Shown: piece after piece, positions 8,707-18,855 of the stretch
Layout: each line of letters begins with the position of its first letter
Numbering within the stretch: position 1 is the stretch's first letter
Assembly (NCBI GenBank): GCA_965116875.1
Contig: OZ220733.1
Coordinates: 2,240,001 to 2,304,000 of the forward strand
From: Candidatus Latescibacterota bacterium
GTDB lineage: Bacteria > Latescibacterota > UBA2968 > GCA-2709665
DNA length: 64,000 nt
Direction of reading: 5' to 3'
The notes under the pieces: generated by a model
Databases searched by the model: none
Told to the model about the DNA's origin: nothing
Seen by the model: the letters and a program-made list of their open reading frames with translations, nothing else
Translations under genes and position numbers: made by a program

Positions 8707-9696
8707 ATGGAGCCGATCAAGATTGTGGTGACCGACTATATCGAGCCCGACCTGAACTGGGAAGAGGAGGAACTCAGGAAATACGGGCACGTCACCTTTG
8801 AATATCATCAGCTCAAGTTCAGGCCGGAGTCCGAACTGGTCGAGAAGATCGTCGACGCGGATATGGTTCTGGTGAATATGGTAAAGATGACCGCCGGCGT
8901 GATCGATCAGCTGGATAGGTGCAAGCTGATCCTGAGGCACGGCGTCGGATACGACAACGTGGACGTGAGCGCCGCGACAAAGAAGGGAGTACGCGTTGCC
9001 TACGAGCCGGACTATTGTTCGGACGAGGTGGCGGAACACGCGATTACGCTGTTGTTGTCCGGGTGGCGGAAGCTGAACGTGGGACGGAAGATTCTGAATG
9101 CATCGAGTCGGAACGGGATCTGGGACTTCACCGATGTCTATCCAGTCTATTCCGTCAAGGGCAAGACCGTGGGCATCATCGGTTGCGGCCGCATCGGGAG
9201 CCTGACGCTTCGGAAACTCGCCGGGTTCGAGGTGAATATCCTGGTGTGCGATCCGTACCTGCCCGAAGAACGCCGGAAGGAACTGGATGTGCAGGTGGTG
9301 GATTTGGACACGGTATTGAGAGAATCGGACATGATAACGGTTCACGCGTCGCTCGACGACGAATCGTACCATCTCATCGGCGAAAGAGAACTCAAAGCGA
9401 TGAAATCCCACGCCTATCTGGTGAATACGGCCAGGGGCGGCCTGGTGGACGCGGATGCGCTTGCCCGGGCCCTGAGGGAGGGCTGGATCGCCGGGGCGGC
9501 TGTCGACGTATACGAGCAGGAGCCGCCCGATCCGGAGATGGAACTGTTCAATCTGGAGAATGCGCTCCTGGCGCCCCATCTCGCGTGGTATTCCGAAGAG
9601 GCGAACTGGAGTATGCGCGAAAAGGTAATGGAGGACTTCGTGCGTTTCATTGAAGGGCGCCCGCCGCGTTTCCTGATCAACAAGGAACTCTTATAA
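8707..9696 (+). CDS. D-isomer specific 2-hydroxyacid dehydrogenase (CtBP-like)
   Basis: RHGVGYDNVD, GIIGCGRIG, VNTARGG, DVYEQEP and PHLAWYS motifs. Confidence 0.9.
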   Translation: MEPIKIVVTDYIEPDLNWEEEELRKYGHVTFEYHQLKFRPESELVEKIVDADMVLVNMVKMTAGVIDQLDRCKLILRHGVGYDNVDVSAATKKGVRVAYEPDYCSDEVAEHAITLLLSGWRKLNVGRKILNASSRNGIWDFTDVYPVYSVKGKTVGIIGCGRIGSLTLRKLAGFEVNILVCDPYLPEERRKELDVQVVDLDTVLRESDMITVHASLDDESYHLIGERELKAMKSHAYLVNTARGGLVDADALARALREGWIAGAAVDVYEQEPPDPEMELFNLENALLAPHLAWYSEEANWSMREKVMEDFVRFIEGRPPRFLINKELL

Positions 9697-9731
9697 GCGG
9701 GTGCCGCAATCACCCTGTCGGGAGATCCGAA

Positions 9732-11069
9732 ATGGCGCTGGTGGCGAACGAGATGACATTGGAAAAGCGAGAGGTTCCGGGACCCCGCTCCGCCGAATTG
9801 CTCGAAGTTTCCAGGGAATACGAGCCGCCCTGTATGGCCGATCAGGTCCCTGTGGTGTGGGATCGCGGTGAGGGCGTCTGGGTGTGGGACGTGGACGGCA
9901 ACCGGTTTCTGGACTTTACTTCCGGTGTCCTGGTAACCAATCTCGGTCACTCGCACCCGCGGCACGTGGAGCGTATCCGGGAACAGGCAGGGCGGCTGAT
10001 GAACTGTTATTCGTTCCCTACGCCGGAGCGGGTGACCCTGTCAAAACGGCTGACTGATCTGCTTCCCGGCAATATCGATCAGACGTTTCTGCTGACAACG
10101 GGCGCCGAGGCCACCGAGGCCGCCATCCGCATTGCCAAACGGTTCACGGGCAAGCACGAAGTGCTGTCGTTCTACGGGGGATTTCACGGACGCACGTACG
10201 GGCCGATGAGCGTTGCCGGAAATATGAACACAAAACGTGCGTTCGGACCCCAGTTGCCGGGTGGAATCCTGGCGCCGTTTCCCTATTTCTATCGGGATTT
10301 CTACAAGAGCAAGACCGAAGAAGAGTGCGCTCGGCGCTGCCTCGACAACCTGGACAGGATTATCGACTCCACGTCCACGGGCGACGTGGGCGCCGTGATC
10401 ACCGAACCCTACCAGGGAGGCGCGGGTTTCATCTTTCCGCCTGCCGGCTGGCTGAAGGGGCTCGAAGCGTGGGCGCGGGAGCGCGGGATGGTCTTCATTC
10501 TGGACGAGGTGCAATCGTCGTTCGGGCGCACCGGAAAGCTGTTCGCGCTGGAGTGGGAGGACCTGCAGCCGAATATGGTCTGTCTGGGCAAGGGCATCGG
10601 CAGCGGAATGCCGGCTTCGGCCCTTGCCGGCGAGAGTCGCATTTTCGAGTGTATGGGAACCGGCGAGATGTCCAGCACGTGCGGCGGAAATCCGCTGGCC
10701 AGCGCCGCGTCCCATGCTGTACTGGACGTCATGGAAGACGAAAGGCTGCCGGAAAACGCGCAACGCGTGGGCGATTACATGATGGCGCGGTTTCAGGCGC
10801 TGAAGGCGAAATACCAGGTGCTGGGCGACGTGCGCGGGCAGGGCCTGGTGATCGGACTGGAGTTCGTACGGGACCCCGAAGAGAGAACCCCCGCGCCGAA
10901 ACTCACCTCCGATCTGCTGCTGCGGGCGGGAGAGCACGGTCTTCTGCTCGGCAAGGTCGGGTTGTACGGAAACGTCGTCAGGATCGCGCCTCCGCTGGTG
11001 ATCACCGAAGCGGAAGCGGGATTGGGCATCGACATCCTCGACCGTGCGCTGGAAGAACTCGCCGGATGA
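9732..11069 (+). CDS. Class III PLP aminotransferase (GabT-like)
   Basis: GAEATEAA, FHGRT, EPYQG, DEVQSSFGRTG and PLP lysine in CLGKG. Confidence 0.92.
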   Translation: MALVANEMTLEKREVPGPRSAELLEVSREYEPPCMADQVPVVWDRGEGVWVWDVDGNRFLDFTSGVLVTNLGHSHPRHVERIREQAGRLMNCYSFPTPERVTLSKRLTDLLPGNIDQTFLLTTGAEATEAAIRIAKRFTGKHEVLSFYGGFHGRTYGPMSVAGNMNTKRAFGPQLPGGILAPFPYFYRDFYKSKTEEECARRCLDNLDRIIDSTSTGDVGAVITEPYQGGAGFIFPPAGWLKGLEAWARERGMVFILDEVQSSFGRTGKLFALEWEDLQPNMVCLGKGIGSGMPASALAGESRIFECMGTGEMSSTCGGNPLASAASHAVLDVMEDERLPENAQRVGDYMMARFQALKAKYQVLGDVRGQGLVIGLEFVRDPEERTPAPKLTSDLLLRAGEHGLLLGKVGLYGNVVRIAPPLVITEAEAGLGIDILDRALEELAG

Positions 11070-11070
11070 C

Positions 11071-11108
11071 CCGGCCGCAGCCCGGATGGACTTTTTCAAC
11101 GGGCTGCT
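11071..11108. mobile_element. MITE family A, single-end fragment
   Basis: ccggccgcagcccggatggactttttcaacgggctg is a near-exact reverse complement of 20720-20756. Directly follows the aminotransferase stop. Confidence 0.75.
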
Positions 11109-11157
11109 TACGGTGGATCCGGAGTCACACGCCGCCACGGATCCCGGGAGTGCGCTT

Positions 11158-12393
11158 TTGGATAACCGGCTATTGAAGTCCGCAATCGAGACCCACAAGG
11201 AAGATGCGGTGGAGCTGCTTTGCGATCTGATCCGCATCCCGTCCGTGCGCGGCAGCGAAGGACAGGCGATGCGCACGTTGCACGCCAGGATGGAAGAGAT
11301 TGTCGACGAACGTGAACTTGTGCCCATTCCGGACACGATACAGGAAGACCCCGACTATTCGTTCAGGCTGCCGGATCTCAGTTATGCCGACCGTCCGAAT
11401 ATGAGGGTGGTAAAAAGGGGAACCGGCGGCGGTCGATCGTTGATCGTGAATACCCACCTGGACGTCGTTCCCGCCTCGTCGGACCAGGACCGTCCTTTCG
11501 AGGGGCGCGTGGAAGACGGGGTCGTATTCGGTCGCGGTGCGTGTGACTGCAAGGGACAGGCAGCCATGCTCTACCTGGCGCTCGCCGCCCTGAAAGAGAC
11601 GGGCATGGCGCTCAGGGGAGACCTGATCGGGCACCTGGTGGTCGAGGAGGAATGCGGCGGCAACGGAACGCTCGCGTTCGTGCGTGGAAACGACCGGGCC
11701 GATGCGGCGCTGGTCCTGGAGCCCTCCGAATTGAAAATCCTGCCCTCGATACGCGGTGCGGTCTGGTTCACGGTGAACGTCTATGGTCGGGCGGGCCACA
11801 GCGGACAGGCGGGGCGCACGGTGAGCGCACTGAAGGAGGCCATGCGCGCAATCGAGATTCTGGAGGGATATCACGAAAGACTGTTGGGTGAATCCAAAGG
11901 ACATCCGCTTTACGATGCGTATGAAAACCCGATGCCCATCACGTTCGGCACGCTGGAGGCCGGGGACTGGCCCGCGATGGCGCCGAGAAAAGCGACGTTC
12001 AAGGGCGTTCTGGGATTTCTGCCGAACAGGAACAGGGAGGAAGTGATGCGCGAAATGGAGGGTGCGCTGAAGGCCGCCGGAGGAGACTGGCTCCCCGACC
12101 ATTTCGACATGGAGTTCATGTACCGTCATGACTGCAACGAGGTGCCCCTGGATCATCCGATCGTAAGGACATTGCAACAGGCATGTCTTGCAAGCGGACA
12201 GGCCGCCGAGGTGGCGGCGATGCCCGCGTCGTGCGATGCGTGGTTTTATTCCAATCTGATCGGCGTCCCCGCCGTCGTGTTCGGCGCGGGAACGCTGGGC
12301 GTGGCACACTCAAGCCAGGAACAGATCCCCGTACACGGTCTGGCCGCGGGCGCGGAAGTCCTCGCACGCGCGATCGCGGACTGGTGCGGATAA
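11158..12393 (+). CDS. M20 family ArgE/DapE-like deacylase
   Basis: NTHLDVV, GRGACDCKG, VEEECGG, LEPS and AHS metal ligands. TTG start after GGGAG. Confidence 0.88.
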   Translation: MDNRLLKSAIETHKEDAVELLCDLIRIPSVRGSEGQAMRTLHARMEEIVDERELVPIPDTIQEDPDYSFRLPDLSYADRPNMRVVKRGTGGGRSLIVNTHLDVVPASSDQDRPFEGRVEDGVVFGRGACDCKGQAAMLYLALAALKETGMALRGDLIGHLVVEEECGGNGTLAFVRGNDRADAALVLEPSELKILPSIRGAVWFTVNVYGRAGHSGQAGRTVSALKEAMRAIEILEGYHERLLGESKGHPLYDAYENPMPITFGTLEAGDWPAMAPRKATFKGVLGFLPNRNREEVMREMEGALKAAGGDWLPDHFDMEFMYRHDCNEVPLDHPIVRTLQQACLASGQAAEVAAMPASCDAWFYSNLIGVPAVVFGAGTLGVAHSSQEQIPVHGLAAGAEVLARAIADWCG

Positions 12394-12399
12394 ACTCAC

Positions 12400-12441
12400 A
12401 CAGCCGTGCGAAGACCGCTGGGAATTTTAAAACAGCATCTA
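12400..12441. mobile_element. MITE family B, right-end fragment
   Basis: cagccgtgcgaagaccgctgggaattttaaaacagcatcta matches 42654-42694. Confidence 0.75.
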
Positions 12442-12458
12442 AAGGAGAATGCGATTCG

Positions 12459-13532
12459 ATGAAGAGGCTCGGGGTTGGGATAATCGGATTTCATCACCTT
12501 CATTCGCTGGATTACCTTCCACATTTCGATGCGATCGACAGTACAGAGGTACGGGCGGTTGCGGAAGCGGATCCGGCGGTTCTGGAGCGGGTTTGCGGGC
12601 AGACGGGGATCGACGGACACGGGGACTACAACGCACTTCTATCGCGGGAGGACATCGGCCTTGTGGTGATCCTGCTGCCGCACGCGGAGTGCCCGGACGC
12701 GGTGGATCGGGCGGCGTCCGCCGGCAAGCACGTGATTGTGGAGAAGCCGATGGCGGATACCTCCAGGGGTATCCGGCGCATGATTGCCGCCACTGACAAA
12801 GCGGGCGTGACGCTGTCCTCTCCCTATTGCTGGCGTGCGCATCCGGCTTCCAGAAAGATCAAGGAGCTTGTCGATCGCGGCATACTGGGGCGGATCGTCG
12901 CGCTCGAGGGGCGATGCGCGGCGGGTTCGCCGTTGCGCTACCTGGAGGACGGGATCTCACCCTGGCTGAACAAGAAGGCAGTTGCGGGCGGCGGCCCGAT
13001 GCACAATCTGGGTACGCACTGGATCGATCTGTTCAGGTGGATCCTGAAGGACGAGGTCCAGCAGGCGACAGGCATGGTGAGCCACCTGCAACACCGGCTG
13101 GATATCGAAGACAACAGTTTCGGCATCGTGAAATTCAGATGCGGCGCGACAGCCACGCTCGATATCAGCTATTCCGTACCGAAGGCCTTTCCCGCCGGGA
13201 GGGATCTCTTCATCGGCCTTCGAGGCAGCCTGGGTACGGTGTCGTGGAGCCCGGCGTGGGGGGGAACCGCCGACGAAGTCTTTGTGGTCAGCGACCATCC
13301 CGACTTCGCGGACGGACCCCGGACGACGCTGAGAATCGCTTCCGAAGCCGCAGAAGGATACGGCGGTGTATCCGGCCGGGTGTATCTGAACGAAACGGTC
13401 GACGCCATTCTGGATGGGAAACCCCCCGGAATTTCAGGCGATGACGGGCTGAGGGCCGTGGAAGTCGTGGAAGCGATTTACGCCGCCGCGGAAACGGGCA
13501 GGGTCGTGACGGTGGAAGACTGCCGCGCCTGA
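12459..13532 (+). CDS. Gfo/Idh/MocA family oxidoreductase
   Basis: GVGIIG, AGKHVIVEKPM and GGGPMHNLGTHWID motifs. AAGGAG RBS. Confidence 0.9.
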   Translation: MKRLGVGIIGFHHLHSLDYLPHFDAIDSTEVRAVAEADPAVLERVCGQTGIDGHGDYNALLSREDIGLVVILLPHAECPDAVDRAASAGKHVIVEKPMADTSRGIRRMIAATDKAGVTLSSPYCWRAHPASRKIKELVDRGILGRIVALEGRCAAGSPLRYLEDGISPWLNKKAVAGGGPMHNLGTHWIDLFRWILKDEVQQATGMVSHLQHRLDIEDNSFGIVKFRCGATATLDISYSVPKAFPAGRDLFIGLRGSLGTVSWSPAWGGTADEVFVVSDHPDFADGPRTTLRIASEAAEGYGGVSGRVYLNETVDAILDGKPPGISGDDGLRAVEVVEAIYAAAETGRVVTVEDCRA

Positions 13533-13548
13533 ATGCGCCGGACATCAG

Positions 13549-13598
13549 AAAAACAAAAGGAACAGCCGCACGCGAAACCGGCTGTTCCTTTGTGTTTT
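13549..13598. terminator. Bidirectional intrinsic terminator
   Basis: Stem aaaggaacagccg/cggctgttccttt with A and T tails, between convergent genes. Confidence 0.75.
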
Positions 13599-13615
13599 AC
13601 TTGCCAGGAAGCTGT

Positions 13616-14674
13616 CTACCAGGCGTCCATTACGATTTCCCGTCCGGTCCGGGCGGATTCGTAGATGGCCAGGATCAGGTCCACGGACTTTCGTGCGGAC
13701 TCTCCCGGGATGTACGGCTCGCGGTCTTCCATTACGGCGCGGGTAATGTCGTTTACAAGAAAGCCATGGCCGGGCGCGACGGCGCTGGCGGCGCCCACGT
13801 TGCCCGCCGCGGCGATCTGCCGTGGGGGAAACGCGTCTTCCGCGCGTCCGTCTTCCTCGGTTGCGGTGGCCCATCGTGTAATCTGTGTGCCGCTCATGGT
13901 GATGGTCCCGGAGTTGCCATGAAGTTCGATGCGAGACGCCTCCCCGGGGTTGCAGGACGTGGTGCCGATCAGCGTCCCGAAGGCGCCGCTCCTGTATTTG
14001 ATCGTGGCGACGGCAGTGTCTTCCACTTCGATGTCGCGCACCTTGTTTTCCGCGCGCGCGAACACGGATTCGACGTCGTCATCGATCAGCCACAGCAGCA
14101 GGTCCACCCCGTGCACACCCTGGTTCATCAGCGCGCCGCCGCCATCGTCTCTCCACGTACCGCGCCAGCCCGCACTGTTGTAATACTCCTGAGAGCGGTA
14201 GTTCTTCATCAGGGCATCGGCCAGCACCAGTTTGCCGAGTTCTCCGTTCCTGATGGCGTTCCGAACCTGAATCGCTTCATCGCTGGTTCGGCTTTGAAAA
14301 ATACAGCCGAGCCTGACGCCGGCATCGCGGCAGGCATGGATCATCCGGTCCATCTTTTCGCGTGTGACGTCCAGCGGTTTCTCACACAGGGAGTGTACTC
14401 CCGCCCTGGCGGCCGCAATCACATTGTCGGCGTGCATGCCGGACGGGGTACAGATACCGGCGATGTGCACGTCCGGATCCGCGACCAGGTCCTGATAGTT
14501 CCTGTAATATTTGACTCCTCCGGACTCGGCGGCGAATTTCTTTCCCTTTTCTTCGTTGTAATTGCATACCGCGACCAGTTCCGCATCGGGACATGCTTCG
14601 ATGCCGGACCGGAAGTGGCCCGCGATCATGCCGGCGCCAATGATGCCCCAACCGAGTTTGCTGTTTTTCGCCAT
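13616..14674 (-). CDS. Gfo/Idh/MocA family oxidoreductase (tandem paralog 2)
   Basis: MAKNSKLGWGIIGAG, CTPSGMH, CEKPL and GGGALMNQGVHGVD motifs. Confidence 0.92.
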   Translation of the reverse strand: MAKNSKLGWGIIGAGMIAGHFRSGIEACPDAELVAVCNYNEEKGKKFAAESGGVKYYRNYQDLVADPDVHIAGICTPSGMHADNVIAAARAGVHSLCEKPLDVTREKMDRMIHACRDAGVRLGCIFQSRTSDEAIQVRNAIRNGELGKLVLADALMKNYRSQEYYNSAGWRGTWRDDGGGALMNQGVHGVDLLLWLIDDDVESVFARAENKVRDIEVEDTAVATIKYRSGAFGTLIGTTSCNPGEASRIELHGNSGTITMSGTQITRWATATEEDGRAEDAFPPRQIAAAGNVGAASAVAPGHGFLVNDITRAVMEDREPYIPGESARKSVDLILAIYESARTGREIVMDAW

Positions 14675-14735
14675 TTTTGCATCGTCCCTCTTTGGGAGTT
14701 GGAGAGCGGCGCGCCTTGCGGCGGCCGCGTGGGGT

Positions 14736-15809
14736 TCAGCCCGCGTGCCACACCTCGACTTCCCTGCCCGAACGAGCGGACTCGTAGATTGCCAGAATGA
14801 GGTCAACCGCGCCGCGGGCGGACTCGCCGGTAACGTATGGGTCGCGGTCTTCCCTGATTGCCCGGACGAGGTCGTCGACCAGGAATACGTGGCCCGAGCT
14901 TCCGATGTCCCTTGGGTCGGCAACCGCGCCTTCAATTTCGATTTCCGCTGGCGGTTCGCTGTCTTCGGCGCGGCCGTCTTCCTCAGCGGTGTTCGCCCAG
15001 CGGGTTATCGAACTGCCGCTGACCGTGATCGTGCCGCGGGCTCCGTGCAACTCGATGCGACGGGCCTCGCCGGGGTTGCACGAAGTGGTGCCGATGAGCG
15101 CACCGTACGCGCCGTTCCTGAATCTCAGATTGGCTACGGCCGTATCTTCCACTTCGATGTCGCGCACCTTGTGTTCGGCGCGCGCGAACACGGATTCGAC
15201 GGGGCTGCCCATAAGCCACAAAAGAAGGTCCACGCCGTGTACGCCCTGGTTCATGAGCGCGCCGCCCCCGTCCAGCGCCCAGGTGCCCCGCCATCCCGCG
15301 CTGCGGTAATAGGCCTGGGAACGGTAGTCCTTGAGATAGGCGTCGGCCAGAATCATCCGACCCAGCCGACCGGCCTGAATGGCTTCGCGCGCCCGGATCA
15401 TGTCCGGACTGGTGCGGCTCTGAAAGACGCAGCCGAGTTTCACCCCCGCATCACGACATGCCGCCGTCATTTCCGTCATTCGGCCGGCGTCGATCTCCAG
15501 GGGCTTCTCGCACAGCACGTGCTTGCCGGCCCTTGCGGCCGCGGTCACACCCTCGCAATGAAGGCCGGAAGGGGTGCAGACGCTGACGATGTCGACCTGC
15601 GGATCCTGAACCAACTCTCTGTAGTCTGAATACGTGCGAACGCCGGCGGCGTCCGCATCCATGCCGGCAAGAAACGACCGGATCTGCTTTTCGTCGGTAT
15701 CGCAAACCGCCGCCAGTTCGGCCTCGTCGCATGCATCGATCGCCAGGCGATGCGTGGGCGCGATCACGCCGCAGCCGACGATTCCGAAACCGAATCGTCC
15801 TTCCTTCAT
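14736..15809 (-). CDS. Gfo/Idh/MocA family oxidoreductase (tandem paralog 1)
   Basis: MKEGRFGFGIVGCG, CTPSGLH, CEKPL and GGGALMNQGVHGVD motifs. Confidence 0.92.
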   Translation of the reverse strand: MKEGRFGFGIVGCGVIAPTHRLAIDACDEAELAAVCDTDEKQIRSFLAGMDADAAGVRTYSDYRELVQDPQVDIVSVCTPSGLHCEGVTAAARAGKHVLCEKPLEIDAGRMTEMTAACRDAGVKLGCVFQSRTSPDMIRAREAIQAGRLGRMILADAYLKDYRSQAYYRSAGWRGTWALDGGGALMNQGVHGVDLLLWLMGSPVESVFARAEHKVRDIEVEDTAVANLRFRNGAYGALIGTTSCNPGEARRIELHGARGTITVSGSSITRWANTAEEDGRAEDSEPPAEIEIEGAVADPRDIGSSGHVFLVDDLVRAIREDRDPYVTGESARGAVDLILAIYESARSGREVEVWHAG

Positions 15810-16206
15810 TCGCTGCCTCCGTATCCAGAAGCGGTTTGAAAATCCCCGGCGGACGCAACGGCAATTTGCAACACCGCGCCGGGAAGATTTCGAGCCGTGT
15901 GCAATGTAGGATATGCCCTTCGGGATGTCAACGGGCATTTTACGCTTTTCGGCAATCGGGCTGTGCATATATTAGCCCCAATTCGAAAAAAACAGCAACC
16001 GGGCGTCGTGATGCACTTTCCCCAAACGGGGCGTAACCGTCGTCCGGACGGACATTTGTTCCGTTCACGTCCATTGACCTGATGTGTCCTGGTAATCAGC
16101 AGTTGAATCGCCTTTATTAACTGGCACTTATTCGAATTAACGTTCTCGAAGAATAACGAATCAAGGTTAGGCGGTCGGCGAATCGCCGTCGTTTGGGGGC
16201 ACGGAT

Positions 16207-17721
16207 ATGGAAGAAAAGAAACCATCCGGCACGAAAATGCAGAGAATCGGTCTGTTCGCCGGACCCGCTCTGGCGATCGCACTTCTCCTGTTCTTCGAAC
16301 TGGAACCGGGACGGCCGGCCGTGACCGGGACGGCTGCCGTGGCCTTGCTGATGGCCGTCTGGTGGATGACGGAAGCCGTGCCGCTCGCGGCAACCGCGCT
16401 GCTCCCGGTCGTGCTGTTCCCGCTGCTGGGGATCATGGACGGAAAGGAAGTTGCGCCCATCTATTTCAACCACGTCATCTTTCTCTTTGTGGGCGGCTTT
16501 ATGGTGGCTCTGGCCATGCAGCGCTGGAATCTGCACCGGCGGATTGCGTTGCGCGTATTGCTCTGGTGCGGCGTTCAACCGCGCCGGATTCTGCTGGGAT
16601 TCATGGTTTCGACGGCGTTTTTGTCGATGTGGATCTCCAATACGGCCACCACGATGATGATGGTGCCAATCGTACTGGCGGTGGTGTTGAAGATCGAGGA
16701 GAATGCGGCGCAAAAAAGACTTGCCACGGGTTTGTTTCTGGGCGTGGCTTACGGCGCCTCCATCGGCGGCGTGGCAACGCTGGTGGGAACGCCGCCGAAC
16801 CTCTCGTTCGCCCGGATTCTGAATATTCATTTCCCCCACGCGCCGGAGATCTCGTTCGCGAGCTGGTTCCTGTTCGCATTCCCGATTTCCCTGCTGTTCC
16901 TGGTCCTGGCCTGGCTCCTGTTGTGCTGCCTTCACACGGGCGGCCGGCACGAGAAGACTTTCGACCGGAGTGTTCTTCGGGATCAGTACAGAGCCCTGGG
17001 GCCCCTCTCCTACGAGGAGGCGGTGGTTCTGGCGGATTTCGTTCTGCTCGCGTTTCTCTGGCTGTTCCGGAACGAGATCCGGATCGGCGCTGCGGTAATA
17101 CCTGGATGGTCGGGGCTGTTTCCGGGCGGTGCGTATCTGAATGACGGCTCCGTCGCGATGGGAATGGCGCTTCTGCTTTTTCTGATCCCGGCGCGCAGCG
17201 CTTCCGCGGAGAAGATTCTGGACCGGCAGACCGTTGGGAAACTCCCCTGGCATATCATACTGCTCTTCGGCGGAGGCTTCGCCCTGGCGACAGGGTTCAT
17301 GGAATCGGGTCTGTCCATGTGGTTTGGTCATCGCCTGGCGGGGCTCAGCGCGGTTCATCCCCTGCTTCTGGTGACCGTCCTCTGCCTGATGATCACATTC
17401 CTTACCGAATTGACGTCGAACACCGCCACGGCCGAGATGTTCCTGCCCATTCTGGCGGCGTTGGGCGTCGCGATTCAGGTGAATCCCCTTTTCTTGATGA
17501 TTCCCGCCACGCTGTCCTGTTCGTTCGCATTCATGCTGCCTGTCGCCACGCCGCCGAACGCAATCGTGTTCGGCACGGACCGCGTCCGGATGAGGGATAT
17601 GGTGCGCGTGGGTCTGATATTGAATCTGACGGGAGTCGCCATCGTCGCCGGCGCCATTGATCTGCTGGGCGGGTCTGCTTTGGGAATCGAGCTGACGGGC
17701 TTGCCCGAGTGGGCGAAATAG
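16207..17721 (+). CDS. SLC13/DASS family Na+:sulfate/dicarboxylate symporter
   Basis: LSMWISNTAT, LVGTPPN, TELTSNTAT and FMLPVATPPNA motifs; many TM helices. Confidence 0.92.
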   Translation: MEEKKPSGTKMQRIGLFAGPALAIALLLFFELEPGRPAVTGTAAVALLMAVWWMTEAVPLAATALLPVVLFPLLGIMDGKEVAPIYFNHVIFLFVGGFMVALAMQRWNLHRRIALRVLLWCGVQPRRILLGFMVSTAFLSMWISNTATTMMMVPIVLAVVLKIEENAAQKRLATGLFLGVAYGASIGGVATLVGTPPNLSFARILNIHFPHAPEISFASWFLFAFPISLLFLVLAWLLLCCLHTGGRHEKTFDRSVLRDQYRALGPLSYEEAVVLADFVLLAFLWLFRNEIRIGAAVIPGWSGLFPGGAYLNDGSVAMGMALLLFLIPARSASAEKILDRQTVGKLPWHIILLFGGGFALATGFMESGLSMWFGHRLAGLSAVHPLLLVTVLCLMITFLTELTSNTATAEMFLPILAALGVAIQVNPLFLMIPATLSCSFAFMLPVATPPNAIVFGTDRVRMRDMVRVGLILNLTGVAIVAGAIDLLGGSALGIELTGLPEWAK

Positions 17722-17793
17722 CGCCCGTGCGGAAACGTTAGACCGGACGGGCCGGAGGGGCTCCGGTATCCGGTTTCAGGAGTGAGGAACGCG

Positions 17794-18792
17794 ATGTACG
17801 AACCCATTGACACGATCATGCTGAAGTCGGGCGAACGCGTGGAAGCCGGAGTCGTGAAAGGGCCGGACCCGGATTGGGCGGAGCGGATCGAAGCGCTTCT
17901 GGAGCACAAGGGCAAAATCTGGCGCTGGGGTAATACGATGGTACTCAGGGAACGCCTGGACGTCGATGCGTACTTTTATATTCTGCATCGCGGCGGGATT
18001 CCTTTTGCCAATATGAGCACGGTCGAAACGCGGGGGGTGGGGATATTCGGACACGTGTATACGAGACCGGAGGACCGGCGGAAGCGGGCGGCGACGGAAT
18101 TGATGCGCGTAATGATGGATCATTTCAGACGGCGGGACGGACGCGCGCTCTACCTCGGGACGGGTTACGACTCGCACCCCTATCACATATACAGGGCGCA
18201 CGGATTTGAAGGCCTGGAACCTCACAGCGGCTATATGGATTACCATACGACTTCGAGGGATGCGTTCGAGGCGGGATATTTCGCGAAAGGACCGGCGGAA
18301 GCGGCTGCGCTGGACTGGCGGGACTGGCCTGCGTCGACGGCCCTGTTCACCGGAGGTTTTCCCGGTGTGACGCGATGCGCCGGAATGCGGATTTTCGGAC
18401 GGCAGTCTACGGAGAGCCCGCTCCTGCCGTTCATTCGGGACGCATGTACGCGCAGGGAAGACGGCAGAAACGCGCGGGTACAGGTGATGCGGCAGAGGGA
18501 GACCGCGGCGGTGACGGGCCTGGCGATGTGGTCATCCGACAGTCTATGGCCGCGAAGCTGTGTGGTGGACGTGTATTGCCATCCCCATTTCTGGGATCGC
18601 TCGCAGGACCTGTTGGGCGCGCTGTCGCTTCCGGACGCGGAAAGGTATCTGGCCTATTGCGACGCGGGATTCGAACCGAAGGCGGAGGCGCTGTCCCGGG
18701 CCGGATTCCGCCCGTCCGTGACGTACGGACGCCGGGTCGCCCGCGACTGCGCGCGAACGGGATACGTCGACGTGACGGCGTGGGAAAAATGA
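17794..18792 (+). CDS. GNAT family acetyltransferase-domain protein
   Basis: GHVYTRPEDRRKRAATELM acetyl-CoA motif and IYRAHGF; second degenerate GNAT-like half. Confidence 0.75.
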   Translation: MYEPIDTIMLKSGERVEAGVVKGPDPDWAERIEALLEHKGKIWRWGNTMVLRERLDVDAYFYILHRGGIPFANMSTVETRGVGIFGHVYTRPEDRRKRAATELMRVMMDHFRRRDGRALYLGTGYDSHPYHIYRAHGFEGLEPHSGYMDYHTTSRDAFEAGYFAKGPAEAAALDWRDWPASTALFTGGFPGVTRCAGMRIFGRQSTESPLLPFIRDACTRREDGRNARVQVMRQRETAAVTGLAMWSSDSLWPRSCVVDVYCHPHFWDRSQDLLGALSLPDAERYLAYCDAGFEPKAEALSRAGFRPSVTYGRRVARDCARTGYVDVTAWEK

Positions 18793-18826
18793 GCGCGAAC
18801 CGGCCAGGCAAGCGGCAACCGAGAGC

Positions 18827-18854
18827 GGGGCGTTCCGATGGACCGCCCCTTTTA
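18827..18854. terminator. Terminator between convergent genes
   Basis: Hairpin ggggcgttcc-gat-ggaccgcccc followed by tttt. Confidence 0.5.
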
Positions 18855-18855
18855 T

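Noticed and set aside
16121-16137. TGGCAC as a sigma54 -24 box upstream of the SLC13 gene
   Set aside because: The required GC at -12 is absent.
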